Part shown: in pieces, positions 36,166 to 44,620 of the stretch
How the letters are laid out: each line of letters starts with the position of its first letter
Numbering within the stretch: position 1 is the first letter of the stretch
DNA from: Bacilli bacterium
Lineage (GTDB): Bacteria; Bacillota_I; Bacilli_A; RFN20; CAG-826
Reading direction: 5' to 3'
Assembly (NCBI GenBank): GCA_045111495.1
Contig: JBGUGI010000097.1
Coordinates: forward strand, 1 to 44,620
DNA length: 44,620 bases
Translations under genes and position numbers: made by a program
Notes under the pieces: model-generated
The model's database searches: none
What the model was told of the DNA's origin: nothing
Seen by the model: the letters and a program-made list of their open reading frames with translations, nothing else

Positions 36166-36996
36166 ATGTCAAAAGCAGATGAAATTTTTGTTAGCAACAT
36201 GAAAGACATTCTTGAGAATGGCTTTTGGGACACTGAATTAAAAGTCAGACCACATTGGGAAGACGGCACTCCAGCGCACACAGTGAAAAAATTCTGTATC
36301 GTTAACCGTTATAATCTTCAAGAAGAATTACCAATCTTAACAATTAGAAGAACTGCTTTTAAGAGTTGCTTAGATGAATTACTTTGGATTTGGCAAAAGA
36401 AATCCAACAATATTCATGATTTAGGTTCTCATATTTGGGATTCCTGGGCTGATGAAAATGGTTCCATTGGTAAAGCTTATGGCTACCAATTAGCGAAGAA
36501 ATCCATTTACCCAGAAGGTGAATTCGATCAAGTCGACAGAGTTTTATATGACTTAAAGCATAATCCTCAATCTAGAAGAATTATGACTAACATCTATAAC
36601 TTTGAAGATTTACACGAAATGAATCTTTATCCATGCGCTTATTCCATGACATTCAATGTCAGTGGCGATACATTAAACGGCATCTTAAATCAAAGAAGTA
36701 ACGATATGTTAACAGCGAATAACTGGAATGTTTTACAGTACGCCCTACTTCTTATGATGTTCGCGCAAGTCTCTGGCTTAAAAGCGGGTGAACTTGTTCA
36801 CGTTATCGCTGATGCGCATATCTACGATAGACATGTTGATATCGTTAAAGAAGTTATCGCTAAACCTCAACACAAGGCACCTAAATTAAAAATGAATCCA
36901 AACGTTAAAAACTTCTATGATTTCAAAGTGGAAGATTTTGAACTTATTGATTACGAATACGAACCTTTAGATAAGAAGATTCCAGTGGCTATTTAA
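36166..36996 (+). CDS. thyA: Thymidylate synthase (ThyA, Bacillus ThyA-like long form)
   Basis: GTPAHT, LPILT, ELLWIWQ, SRRIM, the catalytic-Cys motif LYPCAYS, and RSNDM are present. GAGGT Shine-Dalgarno. Confidence 0.95.
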   Translation: MSKADEIFVSNMKDILENGFWDTELKVRPHWEDGTPAHTVKKFCIVNRYNLQEELPILTIRRTAFKSCLDELLWIWQKKSNNIHDLGSHIWDSWADENGSIGKAYGYQLAKKSIYPEGEFDQVDRVLYDLKHNPQSRRIMTNIYNFEDLHEMNLYPCAYSMTFNVSGDTLNGILNQRSNDMLTANNWNVLQYALLLMMFAQVSGLKAGELVHVIADAHIYDRHVDIVKEVIAKPQHKAPKLKMNPNVKNFYDFKVEDFELIDYEYEPLDKKIPVAI

Positions 36997-36999
36997 TTT

Positions 37000-37512
37000 A
37001 TGATTATTTCCATTCTTAACTGCGATAAAAAATTTGGTATTGGTAAAAGAAACGGTTTGTTGTTCTCTTTACCTTTAGATATGAAGTTCTTTAGAGAAAC
37101 CACTAAAGGACATGTGGTTTGTATGGGTGAAAATACTTTGTTATCTTTCCCAAATAGCCAACCATTAAAAAATAGAACTCATATCGTTTTATCTCAAGAC
37201 CCCACTCATAACTATGAAGGGGTCATTAATGTTCATACATTTGAAGACTTCTTAAGAAAGATGAAAGAATACGAAACAAGCGACACGGTATTCGTTATCG
37301 GTGGCGCTTCTATCTATAGACAGACTCTTCCATATGTTGATGAAGTGTATTTAACAAAGGTCAACGCTGATGGAGGAGCAGAAGTCTTCTTTGTTAATTT
37401 AGATGAAAATCCAGACTTTGAATGTATCGATGAAGGTACACCAGTGATGGACGGCGATTTAGAAATCAGATTCACAACATATAAAAACAAGAACAAGAAA
37501 GAAATTATCTAG
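37000..37512 (+). CDS. folA: Dihydrofolate reductase
   Basis: The N-terminal FGIGKRNGLLFSLPLDMKFFRETT and VIGGASIYRQ are present. The gene starts 3 nt after the thyA stop. Confidence 0.9.
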   Translation: MIISILNCDKKFGIGKRNGLLFSLPLDMKFFRETTKGHVVCMGENTLLSFPNSQPLKNRTHIVLSQDPTHNYEGVINVHTFEDFLRKMKEYETSDTVFVIGGASIYRQTLPYVDEVYLTKVNADGGAEVFFVNLDENPDFECIDEGTPVMDGDLEIRFTTYKNKNKKEII

Positions 37513-37513
37513 T

Positions 37514-38515
37514 ATGAAAAACAACATCTATCCAAAAAACTATCATAGTGTTCTTAACTTAGTGGACACACAAATTGCGATTAAGTTAATTAAGGACACT
37601 TTTGAAAGAGAACTCGCTAAAGATTTACAGTTAATCCGTGTTAGTGCTCCCCTATTCGTGGAACCAAATACTGGTTTAAACGATAATTTAAATGGTTATG
37701 AACAACCAGTAGGTTTCGTTGCGAACGAAAACGGACAAGATTTAGAAATCGTTCAATCCTTAGCGAAATGGAAAAGATTCGCGTTAAATAAATATGATAT
37801 TGATGGTCTATATACCGATATGAATGCGATTAGAAGATTTGAAGATCTTGATAATATGCATTCTTTATATGTCGACCAATGGGACTGGGAAAAAAGATTA
37901 ACCCTAGAAGAAAGAAATGTTAAAACTTTAAAGCGCACAGTTAAAAAGATTTATAAATCATTCTTAAAAACATACCGTTTATTAGTGAAACGTTATCCTG
38001 AATTAGTGAACAATAACTTACCAAAAGATATTGCTTTCGTGACCACAAAACAGTTAGAAGCTAAATATCCAGAGATGAGTAGAAAAGAAAGAGAAAACGC
38101 TCTCGCTAAAGAATATGGTGCGGTTTTCTTAATGCAAATCGGTGGTAACTTAAAAGATGGCAAACCACATGATGGTAGAGCCGCGGACTATGATGATTGG
38201 AAACTTAACGGCGATATCTTACTTTGGTATGAACCACTACAAATTGCTTTTGAAATAAGCAGCATGGGTATCAGAGTTAATAAAGAATCACTAGTTAAAC
38301 AGCTTAAAGCCAAAGGTGAAATGAGCAAGATTAATCTTCCATATCACCAACTAGTGCTCAATGAACAAATCCCACTTTCTATCGGGGGTGGTATTGGTCA
38401 ATCTCGTCTTTGTATGTATTTATTAAAAAAGGTCCACATTGGAGAAGTGCAATCCTCCTATTGGCCTGAAGAAGATATTAAAGAATTTAAGAAATATAAC
38501 GTCGATTTACTTTAA
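37514..38515 (+). CDS. asnA: Aspartate-ammonia ligase (asparagine synthetase A)
   Basis: LAKWKR, VDQWDWE, DYDDW..NGDIL, SSMGIRV and GGGIGQSRLCM match the AsnA signature blocks. The gene starts 1 nt after the folA stop. Confidence 0.92.
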   Translation: MKNNIYPKNYHSVLNLVDTQIAIKLIKDTFERELAKDLQLIRVSAPLFVEPNTGLNDNLNGYEQPVGFVANENGQDLEIVQSLAKWKRFALNKYDIDGLYTDMNAIRRFEDLDNMHSLYVDQWDWEKRLTLEERNVKTLKRTVKKIYKSFLKTYRLLVKRYPELVNNNLPKDIAFVTTKQLEAKYPEMSRKERENALAKEYGAVFLMQIGGNLKDGKPHDGRAADYDDWKLNGDILLWYEPLQIAFEISSMGIRVNKESLVKQLKAKGEMSKINLPYHQLVLNEQIPLSIGGGIGQSRLCMYLLKKVHIGEVQSSYWPEEDIKEFKKYNVDLL

Positions 38516-39379
38516 TAAATTAAGTAATTCGCCAAAGTTATTGATAAAGAGGTGAGAATTCATCCTCTTTTCTTTATTGTGCTTTTCACTAGCCTTATCA
38601 TTAACGGCAACAGTTAAGAAACCTGCTTTATAAGCAGTCTTCACACAAGTCGGCATATCTTCAAGCACTAAAACTCTTTCTTTATCAACATGCATTTGTT
38701 CCGCAAGATATTCATAGATTCTCGAACTTTGCTTGCCTTCTTTAACGTTGTTAACATCAGCGATATATGTGAAGTATTTATCTAAGCCGAGTCTTTTAAT
38801 GCATGGCATATATAATGTATCGTCGTTTGCGGTAGCAATCGCCATTGGAATATTGTTCTTTTTAAAGAATTCGAGTAACGCTAAAGAATAGTCTTTTAAT
38901 TTTACATCGTTTGCGTACATATCAATGGACATTTGATGCCATTCATCCATGATTTCTTGTTCGCTTTCTTTGATGCCGTATGTATTCTTAGTAAACTTAG
39001 CTGCTTCTTTTAAACCAAGATGAACAATATTTTGAGCGTAATCATTTGGTAATTCCATTCCTCTTTTAGAGAAGAACTTCTTATCAATTTCATGCCATAG
39101 ACTTGTGGAATCAATTAATGTTCCATCCATATCAAATATAACCGCGTCAAATCTACGGCCATTTATTGCTAAATAGTTTTGTTCTGGTTTCACTTCGTGG
39201 GCTAAAGCAAGGATCAATGTTGGAATAGCCATAATGACTGTTGCGCCAAGGAAGCCAACACCGAACCAAAATAAAACGCCAGTGCTAAAGAAAACAATAG
39301 AAGTGATTAAAAGCATTCCTGTAATCACATACAAGATAATTTGTAATGAACTAATCTTTCTTTTCTTTACTTCGCTCAT
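38507..39379 (-). CDS. HAD-superfamily hydrolase (beta-phosphoglucomutase-like subfamily) with an N-terminal two-TM anchor
   Basis: Two hydrophobic helices follow a KKRK stretch. HAD motif I is VIFDMDGTLIDS, and a later LEDMPT motif is present. The start overlaps the birA stop (ATGA). Confidence 0.8.
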   Translation of the reverse strand: MSEVKKRKISSLQIILYVITGMLLITSIVFFSTGVLFWFGVGFLGATVIMAIPTLILALAHEVKPEQNYLAINGRRFDAVIFDMDGTLIDSTSLWHEIDKKFFSKRGMELPNDYAQNIVHLGLKEAAKFTKNTYGIKESEQEIMDEWHQMSIDMYANDVKLKDYSLALLEFFKKNNIPMAIATANDDTLYMPCIKRLGLDKYFTYIADVNNVKEGKQSSRIYEYLAEQMHVDKERVLVLEDMPTCVKTAYKAGFLTVAVNDKASEKHNKEKRMNSHLFINNFGELLNLLK

Positions 39380-40098
39380 AATATTTCTATTTCACCACTA
39401 TCAACATGTAAAAGCATATCATGTGTTGCTATTTGAAGACAAAAAGAATTATCGATTCCCACTACTTCACCAATGAATGTTTGATTATTAACAAGTACAC
39501 GTACCCTCTTATTTAGTAAGTAATTGTGATTTCTAAAATATTCTAAAGATTTATCTAAGTCGAGATTAGTTAAAGAATTCACTAGCGAAGGAAATAGTTT
39601 TTCTTTAAGTTCTTCGATATTAATATCTTTCTTATGTTCTAAGCATAATGATGTCGCTGGTCTTCTTAATCCTTCAGGGAACTTCTTTTGATTAACATTA
39701 AGACCAATACCCACGACCATATAATCAGGTAGCTGACCTTCCGCGAGAATACCACATACCTTCTTATCATTAATTAAGACGTCGTTAGGCCATTTTATAC
39801 TCACATGCTTGATTTTATATGTCTCTAATACTTTCGCGACCTCTACTGCGCTTAAAAGGGAAATAATTGGTGATTGTTTCAACAAACTCTCGTCCTTAAT
39901 TAAAAACGAGAACATGAGATTTTCACCTGGTTCACTAGTCCAAGTTCGATCATTTCTACCTTTACCATGACTTTGATAATCAGTGGACACAAAAGTAAAG
40001 TTACTTAATAACTTATAAGTACTTTTTATATAGGTATTCGTAGAATCTATTTTTTGGAAATGAATTTGATGATATTGCATGTGTTTATTGTAAAACAA
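39376..40098 (-). CDS. birA: Biotin-[acetyl-CoA-carboxylase] ligase, class I (no HTH domain)
   Basis: IDSTNTY, the GKGRNDRTWTS (GRGRxGRxW-type) motif, and KWPNDVL are present. The ORF-track start is a TTG at 40098, preceded by GGAGG at 6 nt. The first ATG (40080) has no Shine-Dalgarno. Confidence 0.85.
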   Translation of the reverse strand: MFYNKHMQYHQIHFQKIDSTNTYIKSTYKLLSNFTFVSTDYQSHGKGRNDRTWTSEPGENLMFSFLIKDESLLKQSPIISLLSAVEVAKVLETYKIKHVSIKWPNDVLINDKKVCGILAEGQLPDYMVVGIGLNVNQKKFPEGLRRPATSLCLEHKKDINIEELKEKLFPSLVNSLTNLDLDKSLEYFRNHNYLLNKRVRVLVNNQTFIGEVVGIDNSFCLQIATHDMLLHVDSGEIEIL

Positions 40099-40127
40099 AA
40101 AAGCCTCCGCTTTAAGCGAAGACTTTT
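40097..40127 (-). terminator. Intrinsic terminator after oadB that also contains the birA Shine-Dalgarno and start codon
   Basis: Minus strand reads GTCTTCGC-ttaaa-GCGGAGGC (8 bp, 2 G-U), followed by TTTTTTGTTTT. Confidence 0.65.
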
Positions 40128-40146
40128 GCTTTTTCGGGTTTTCTAA

Positions 40147-41541
40147 TTATGCAAATAAGAGGAGCAAGACGCCAGCGGCAACAGCGGAGCCGATAACACC
40201 AGCGACATTTGGACCCATTGCGTGCATGAGTAAGAAGTTTGTTGGATCTTCTCTTAAACCTTCTTTGTGGACGACACGAGCCGCCATTGGAACCGCACTA
40301 ACACCAGCGGCACCGATCATTGGGTTGACTTTGCCTTTAGTTAAGACGCACATTAACTTGCCACCTAACACACCAGCCGCTGTAGCGACGGAGAAGGCAA
40401 TGATACCTAAGACGAAGATTAAGATTGTATCAACGGTTAAGAATGTTTGAGCATCAGCGGTACAACCAACACAGACACCTAATAAGATGGTGATGATATA
40501 CATCAATGTATTGGCTAATGTATCTCTAATCTTTGGTACGACGTTACATTCTTTAATTAAGTTACCAAGCATTAAGCAACCAATTAATGGAGCCGCACTT
40601 GGAACGAGTAAGCATGTAATCGCGGTAACAACGATTGGGAAGAGAATCTTTTCAGTCTTAGAAACTTCTCTTGGAGTTTCCATTCTGATAGCTCTTTCTT
40701 TCTTAGTTGTTAATAAACGAATGATTGGTGGTTGAATCACAGGCACTAAAGCCATGTATGAGTAGGCCACAATCGCGATGGATGATAAGTATTCAGGTGC
40801 TAACTTTGTGGTCACTAAGATAGCAGTTGGGCCATCCGCACCACCGATAATACCAATAGCGGAAGCTGTTCTAGCGGTGAAGCCAGTCCAGCCTAAGCCG
40901 TTTTTACCTAAAGCAATAGCACCGATGAAGGTGATGAAGATACCGACTTGAGCAGCGGCACCTAATAACATAGTTTTCTTGTTAGCAATTAATGGACCAA
41001 AGTCTGTGGTCGCACCAATGCAGAGGAAGATTAAGCATGGGTAAATGCCCCACTTAACTCCGTAATATAAGTATCCGAAGATACCGGTGTAGTCATAACT
41101 ATAAAGATGGTCAATATTACTAGCCATTGTGGTAGCAACATTTTCAGAATAACCGAAGTCCACCATTTTACTAATGAAATCTGAACCCATGACTAATTTA
41201 TGTAAATCAAAGGTTGTAGCTTCGCTTGCGCCTAATAGGCTAAATACCCTTTCAGCGGCAATACTATCTACACCCGCGACAGCGCCCGCAAGTTTGGTGG
41301 CGTCGTACACGGTTGTGCCTTTCGCAAATAATTCATTAGCGACACCTGGTAAGTTAACGAGTAACATACCAAATGCAATTGGTAAGAGTAAGTATGGCTC
41401 AAATTCTTTCTTAATGGCGAGGAAGATTAATACACACGCCACTAAAATCATGATTAAATTAAGCCAGCCTCCATTTTGGAAAAAGCCTGCTATACCGGAA
41501 CCTTGGAAAAACGCGACAATTGTATTCCAAAATTTTTCCAT
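40147..41541 (-). CDS. oadB: Na+-translocating decarboxylase beta subunit (OadB/GcdB/MmdB family)
   Basis: A polytopic protein with the characteristic Gly/Ala-rich helices (IGIIGGADGPT, GAAGVSAVPMAAR). Its operon context also includes carboxyltransferase, OadG and BCCP genes. Confidence 0.85.
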   Translation of the reverse strand: MEKFWNTIVAFFQGSGIAGFFQNGGWLNLIMILVACVLIFLAIKKEFEPYLLLPIAFGMLLVNLPGVANELFAKGTTVYDATKLAGAVAGVDSIAAERVFSLLGASEATTFDLHKLVMGSDFISKMVDFGYSENVATTMASNIDHLYSYDYTGIFGYLYYGVKWGIYPCLIFLCIGATTDFGPLIANKKTMLLGAAAQVGIFITFIGAIALGKNGLGWTGFTARTASAIGIIGGADGPTAILVTTKLAPEYLSSIAIVAYSYMALVPVIQPPIIRLLTTKKERAIRMETPREVSKTEKILFPIVVTAITCLLVPSAAPLIGCLMLGNLIKECNVVPKIRDTLANTLMYIITILLGVCVGCTADAQTFLTVDTILIFVLGIIAFSVATAAGVLGGKLMCVLTKGKVNPMIGAAGVSAVPMAARVVHKEGLREDPTNFLLMHAMGPNVAGVIGSAVAAGVLLLLFA

Positions 41542-41555
41542 AATTCTCTTTTCCG

Positions 41556-41900
41556 TTATTCAATAGTAATAATGACTTCTTTGGCCTTAACGTTTTGACC
41601 TTTGGTCACTAAGATTTGTGCAATTTGACCTTCGAATGGAGAAACAACTTCATTTTCAAGTTTCATCGCTTCGATAATCACTAAGACGTCACCTTTCTTG
41701 ACTTTATCGCCAACTTTAACTTTGACGTTTGTGACTTGACCTTGGATTGGAGAAGGAACTTCTTTGGCACCATTGGTGTTCACGATTTTGTTTGTTTCTT
41801 GTTTCTTCTTTTCTTCTAATGGAACTGTATCCACTTGTTCAATGGCTTCGAGTTCAACACGGTACGCTTTACCGTTAACTTTAATTTTATAAATCTTCAT
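41556..41900 (-). CDS. Free-standing biotin carboxyl carrier protein (biotinyl domain)
   Basis: The C-terminal biotinylation motif is IEAMKLENEV, within a typical lipoyl/biotinyl fold sequence. GAGGA Shine-Dalgarno. Confidence 0.85.
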   Translation of the reverse strand: MKIYKIKVNGKAYRVELEAIEQVDTVPLEEKKKQETNKIVNTNGAKEVPSPIQGQVTNVKVKVGDKVKKGDVLVIIEAMKLENEVVSPFEGQIAQILVTKGQNVKAKEVIITIE

Positions 41901-41903
41901 AAA

Positions 41904-42200
41904 TTAGTCCTCAATTCTTTTAATTGAAACAATACGTACTTCTTTCCCTGTTTCACGATAGAACTCCATTGACGCGACTAATGCAGCGACAACAGCGTTT
42001 GGATCTTCACTAAGAATCTTATTTTCTTCCTTAGGCAAGATGTTTGTGGAGGCATCGAATTTCTCCATGCCTTTTTGCATCGACCAAGTAATGAAAATGA
42101 TAATAGCGAGAACAAGGAAGACGATGAATATAGCAATAACTGCGACGAGCAAAGACTCAACAACAGTCATTGATTCCCAGTTTTCCCACACTGCTAGCAT
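41904..42200 (-). CDS. oadG: OadG-like small membrane subunit (gamma)
   Basis: A single N-terminal TM (LLVAVIAIFIVFLVLAIIIFITW) is followed by a soluble tail. Its position between the carboxyltransferase and BCCP genes supports the call. Confidence 0.6.
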   Translation of the reverse strand: MLAVWENWESMTVVESLLVAVIAIFIVFLVLAIIIFITWSMQKGMEKFDASTNILPKEENKILSEDPNAVVAALVASMEFYRETGKEVRIVSIKRIED

Positions 42201-42202
42201 AA

Positions 42203-43573
42203 TTAAGCCTCAACGTGAATGACGGTAGGAATCGCGTCTTCATTTCTTTGTTCAATAAACTTGATAGCGACATCACCAAATAAAGCGATGGATAAGACGT
42301 CTTCATCACTCTTAGCGATATCTTTGTATTGTTTCTTTAATTCCGCAAATTCTGGTTTTAAGTCGTCAGCAGGACGATAGTCGATGACTTTGTCATCACC
42401 AATAATCTTATGTCTGATTTCTTCATCAACTGGGGCTGGGGATCTACCATATCTACCGTGTAGATATTCATTGATTTCCTTTGGCACCATCTTATATCTT
42501 TCACCAGAAAGAACATTTAAAACGGCTTGTGTACCGACCATTTGTGATAATGGAGTAACAAGTGGAGGATAACCCATATCCTTACGGACATTAGGAACTT
42601 CCGCTAAAACTTCATCTAATCTATCAGAAGCATCTTGTTGCTTAAGTTGATTGATTAAGTTAGATAACATACCGCCTGGAACTTGGTATTTGATAATGTT
42701 CGCATTGACGGACAAAACTTTTGGATTTAATAAACCGTTAGCGATGTATTTAGCTTTGACTGGCGCTAATTTAGCGGCAGCAGCATTTAACATAGCAACG
42801 TTAAGTTTTGGATCATATTCTGTACCTTGAAGAGCGAAGTTAAGAGATTCGGTACATGGTTGAGATGTACCACCACTCAATGGGCTGATTGCGCAGTCGA
42901 CAATATCAACGCCCGCTTCAATGGCTTTTAAATATGTCATTTCGCATAAGCCACCTGTGCAGTGACTGTGTAATTCGATTGGTAATTTGGTGTTCTTCTT
43001 TAACGCACTGATTAATTCATAAGCAGCGGTTGGCATCATAACACCGGCCATATCTTTGATACAAATGCTATCAGCGCCCATCTTTTCGATTTCTTTGGCT
43101 AAGTTAACATAGTATTCAACGGTATGGACTGGAGAAGTTGTATAACTTAAAGCGATTTGGCATTCACCACCATATTTCTTAGTGGCTTTGACTGCACATT
43201 CTAAGTTACGGATATCGTTTAAAGCATCAAAGATACGGATAATATCGATACCGTTCTTGATGGATTTTTCAACGAACTTCTCAACGACGTCGTCAGCATA
43301 GTGACGATAACCGAGGATGTTTTGACCACGGAATAACATTTGTAATTTGGTTTTCTTACAAACTTTCTTAGCTAATCTAAGTCTTTCCCATGGGTCTTCA
43401 TTTAAGAATCTTAAACAAGCATCAAATGTGGCACCACCCCATACTTCAATGGCGTGGTAACCAACTTGGTCAAGTTCCTTGAGCGCACAAAGAACTTCTT
43501 CGGTGTTCATTCTTGTGGCAAATAATGATTGGTGGCCATCTCTTAGGCCAGTTTCAACAATTTTGACACCCAT
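42203..43573 (-). CDS. oadA: Oxaloacetate decarboxylase alpha-type carboxyltransferase (5S/PycB-like) lacking its own biotinyl domain
   Basis: VETGLRDGHQSLFATRM (HMGL-like barrel) and HCTGG are present. I prefer the ATG at 43573, with AGGA 6 nt upstream overlapping the pckA TAG, over the TTG at 43579. Confidence 0.85.
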   Translation of the reverse strand: MGVKIVETGLRDGHQSLFATRMNTEEVLCALKELDQVGYHAIEVWGGATFDACLRFLNEDPWERLRLAKKVCKKTKLQMLFRGQNILGYRHYADDVVEKFVEKSIKNGIDIIRIFDALNDIRNLECAVKATKKYGGECQIALSYTTSPVHTVEYYVNLAKEIEKMGADSICIKDMAGVMMPTAAYELISALKKNTKLPIELHSHCTGGLCEMTYLKAIEAGVDIVDCAISPLSGGTSQPCTESLNFALQGTEYDPKLNVAMLNAAAAKLAPVKAKYIANGLLNPKVLSVNANIIKYQVPGGMLSNLINQLKQQDASDRLDEVLAEVPNVRKDMGYPPLVTPLSQMVGTQAVLNVLSGERYKMVPKEINEYLHGRYGRSPAPVDEEIRHKIIGDDKVIDYRPADDLKPEFAELKKQYKDIAKSDEDVLSIALFGDVAIKFIEQRNEDAIPTVIHVEA

Positions 43574-43581
43574 AAACAATC

Positions 43582-44620
43582 CTATTTAGCTTTTGGACCA
43601 GCTTTGACTAAGGCTTTGCCAGCTTCGTTAGATTCATACTTAACAAAGTTCTTGACGAATCTGGAAGCTAAATCAGCGGCTTTAGCATCCCAATCAGCTG
43701 GGTTAGCATATGTATCTCTTGGGTCTAAGATCTTTGGATCGACACCTGGTAATTCAGTTGGGACTTCAAAATCAAAGACAGGAATTTTCTTTGTTGGAGC
43801 TTTATTGATAGAACCATCTAAGATAGCATCGATGATACCACGGGTATCTTTGATGGAAATACGTTTGCCTGTACCATTCCAACCAGTGTTGACTAAGTAA
43901 GCTTTAGCACCACTGACTTTCATCTTCTTAACTAATTCTTCGGCGTATTTTGTTGGATGTAATTCCAAGAAAGCTTGACCGAAGCAAGCGGAGAATGTTG
44001 GTGTTGGTTCAGTAATACCTCTTTCGGTACCAGCGAGTTTCGCTGTGAAACCACTTAAGAAGTAGTATTGTGTTTGTTCTGGAGTGAGGATGCTAACTGG
44101 TGGTAAGACACCGAAGGCATCAGCGCTTAAGAAGATGACGTTCTTAGCGTGTGGACCATGAGAAATTGGTTTAACAATCTTTTCAATGTGATTGATTGGA
44201 TAGCTAACACGTGTATTTTCTGTAACGCTCTTATCAGCAAAGTCAATTTTGCCGTTAGCGTCAACAGTAACGTTTTCTAATAAAGCATCTCTGCGGATAG
44301 CTCTATAAATATCTGGTTCACTTTCTTTGTCTAAGTTAATGACTTTAGCGTAGCAACCACCTTCGAGGTTGAAGACACCATTGTCATCCCAACCATGTTC
44401 ATCATCACCGATTAATAATCTCTTTGGATCGGTTGATAATGTGGTTTTACCTGTACCGGATAAACCGAAGAAGATGGCGGTATTTTCACCATTCATATCG
44501 GTGTTCGCGGAGCAGTGCATTGAGGCAATGCCCTTAAGTGGTAAGTAGTAGTTCATCATGGAGAACATACCTTTCTTCATTTCACCACCGTACCATGTAT
44601 TTAAAATGACTTGTTCTTTG
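43582..44620 (-). CDS. pckA: Phosphoenolpyruvate carboxykinase (ATP). The C-terminal part is present; the 5' end lies outside the window.
   Basis: The frame is open to the window edge (..[23 protein letters not shown]). The kinase-1a motif is [13 protein letters not shown], and [12 protein letters not shown] is also present. Confidence 0.93.
   Translation of the reverse strand, partial: KEQVILNTWYGGEMKKGMFSMMNYYLPLKGIASMHCSANTDMNGENTAIFFGLSGTGKTTLSTDPKRLLIGDDEHGWDDNGVFNLEGGCYAKVINLDKESEPDIYRAIRRDALLENVTVDANGKIDFADKSVTENTRVSYPINHIEKIVKPISHGPHAKNVIFLSADAFGVLPPVSILTPEQTQYYFLSGFTAKLAGTERGITEPTPTFSACFGQAFLELHPTKYAEELVKKMKVSGAKAYLVNTGWNGTGKRISIKDTRGIIDAILDGSINKAPTKKIPVFDFEVPTELPGVDPKILDPRDTYANPADWDAKAADLASRFVKNFVKYESNEAGKALVKAGPKAK

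Noticed and set aside
43574-43579. TTG start (MFMGV...) for the carboxyltransferase gene
   Set aside because: The ATG two codons downstream is preceded by AGGA at 6 nt, and the TTG has no Shine-Dalgarno of its own. The difference is functionally negligible.
1-44620. rRNA, tRNA, CRISPR arrays, riboswitch- or T-box-like leaders
   Set aside because: The intergenic regions are short, with the longest about 250-300 nt at 17410-17706. None shows cloverleaf-type structure, regularly spaced repeats or conserved riboswitch cores that I can recognise by eye.

Overview
This is a low-GC bacterial chromosome segment that uses the standard genetic code (TGA is a stop, Trp is TGG). It is almost fully coding, and 27 of the 31 genes lie on the minus strand. 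All exported proteins appear anchored by lipoboxes or TM helices. I saw no LPXTG, SLH or wall-binding modules, which fits a Mollicutes/Erysipelotrichia-like anaerobe such as an Acholeplasma or Anaeroplasma type. That taxonomic call is inference only.

Layout:
- (i) 1-2976: the 3' part of ppdK, convergent with a nitroreductase-fold gene.
- (ii) 3044-26145: a roughly 23-kb single-strand glycan-processing island. It holds one canonical cytoplasmic GH3, three membrane-anchored GH3 enzymes with inverted (circularly permuted) domain order (two of them a tandem duplicate), three surface lipoproteins (Gly/Gln/Phe/Pro low-complexity plus Big_2; Big_2 plus esterase; triple CBM6/35-like plus Big_2 plus InlB-B-repeat), a tetraspan membrane protein of unknown function, and two AgrC/AgrA-type (HPK10 plus LytTR) two-component systems. 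It contains no transporter, no LacI/AraC regulator and no peptide-pheromone genes.
- (iii) 26354-28909: htpG and hsp20, with a consensus promoter interleaved with two CIRCE operators.
- (iv) 28939-36007: the rexB/addB-addA-rluA-family operon, with an apparently leaderless start.
- (v) 36166-38515: tightly coupled thyA-folA-asnA.
- (vi) 38507-44620: pckA-oadA(CT)-oadG-BCCP-oadB, a terminator, then birA and a membrane-anchored HAD hydrolase.

I found no rRNA, tRNA, CRISPR array, transposase or integrase.

The best candidate for an undescribed system is the transporter-less surface glycan island, with its permuted membrane-tethered GH3s, the lipoprotein-tetraspan-GH3 operon and an apparent cascade of AgrCA-like regulators.

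All family assignments come from motif recognition by eye. No database search or numerical alignment was possible.
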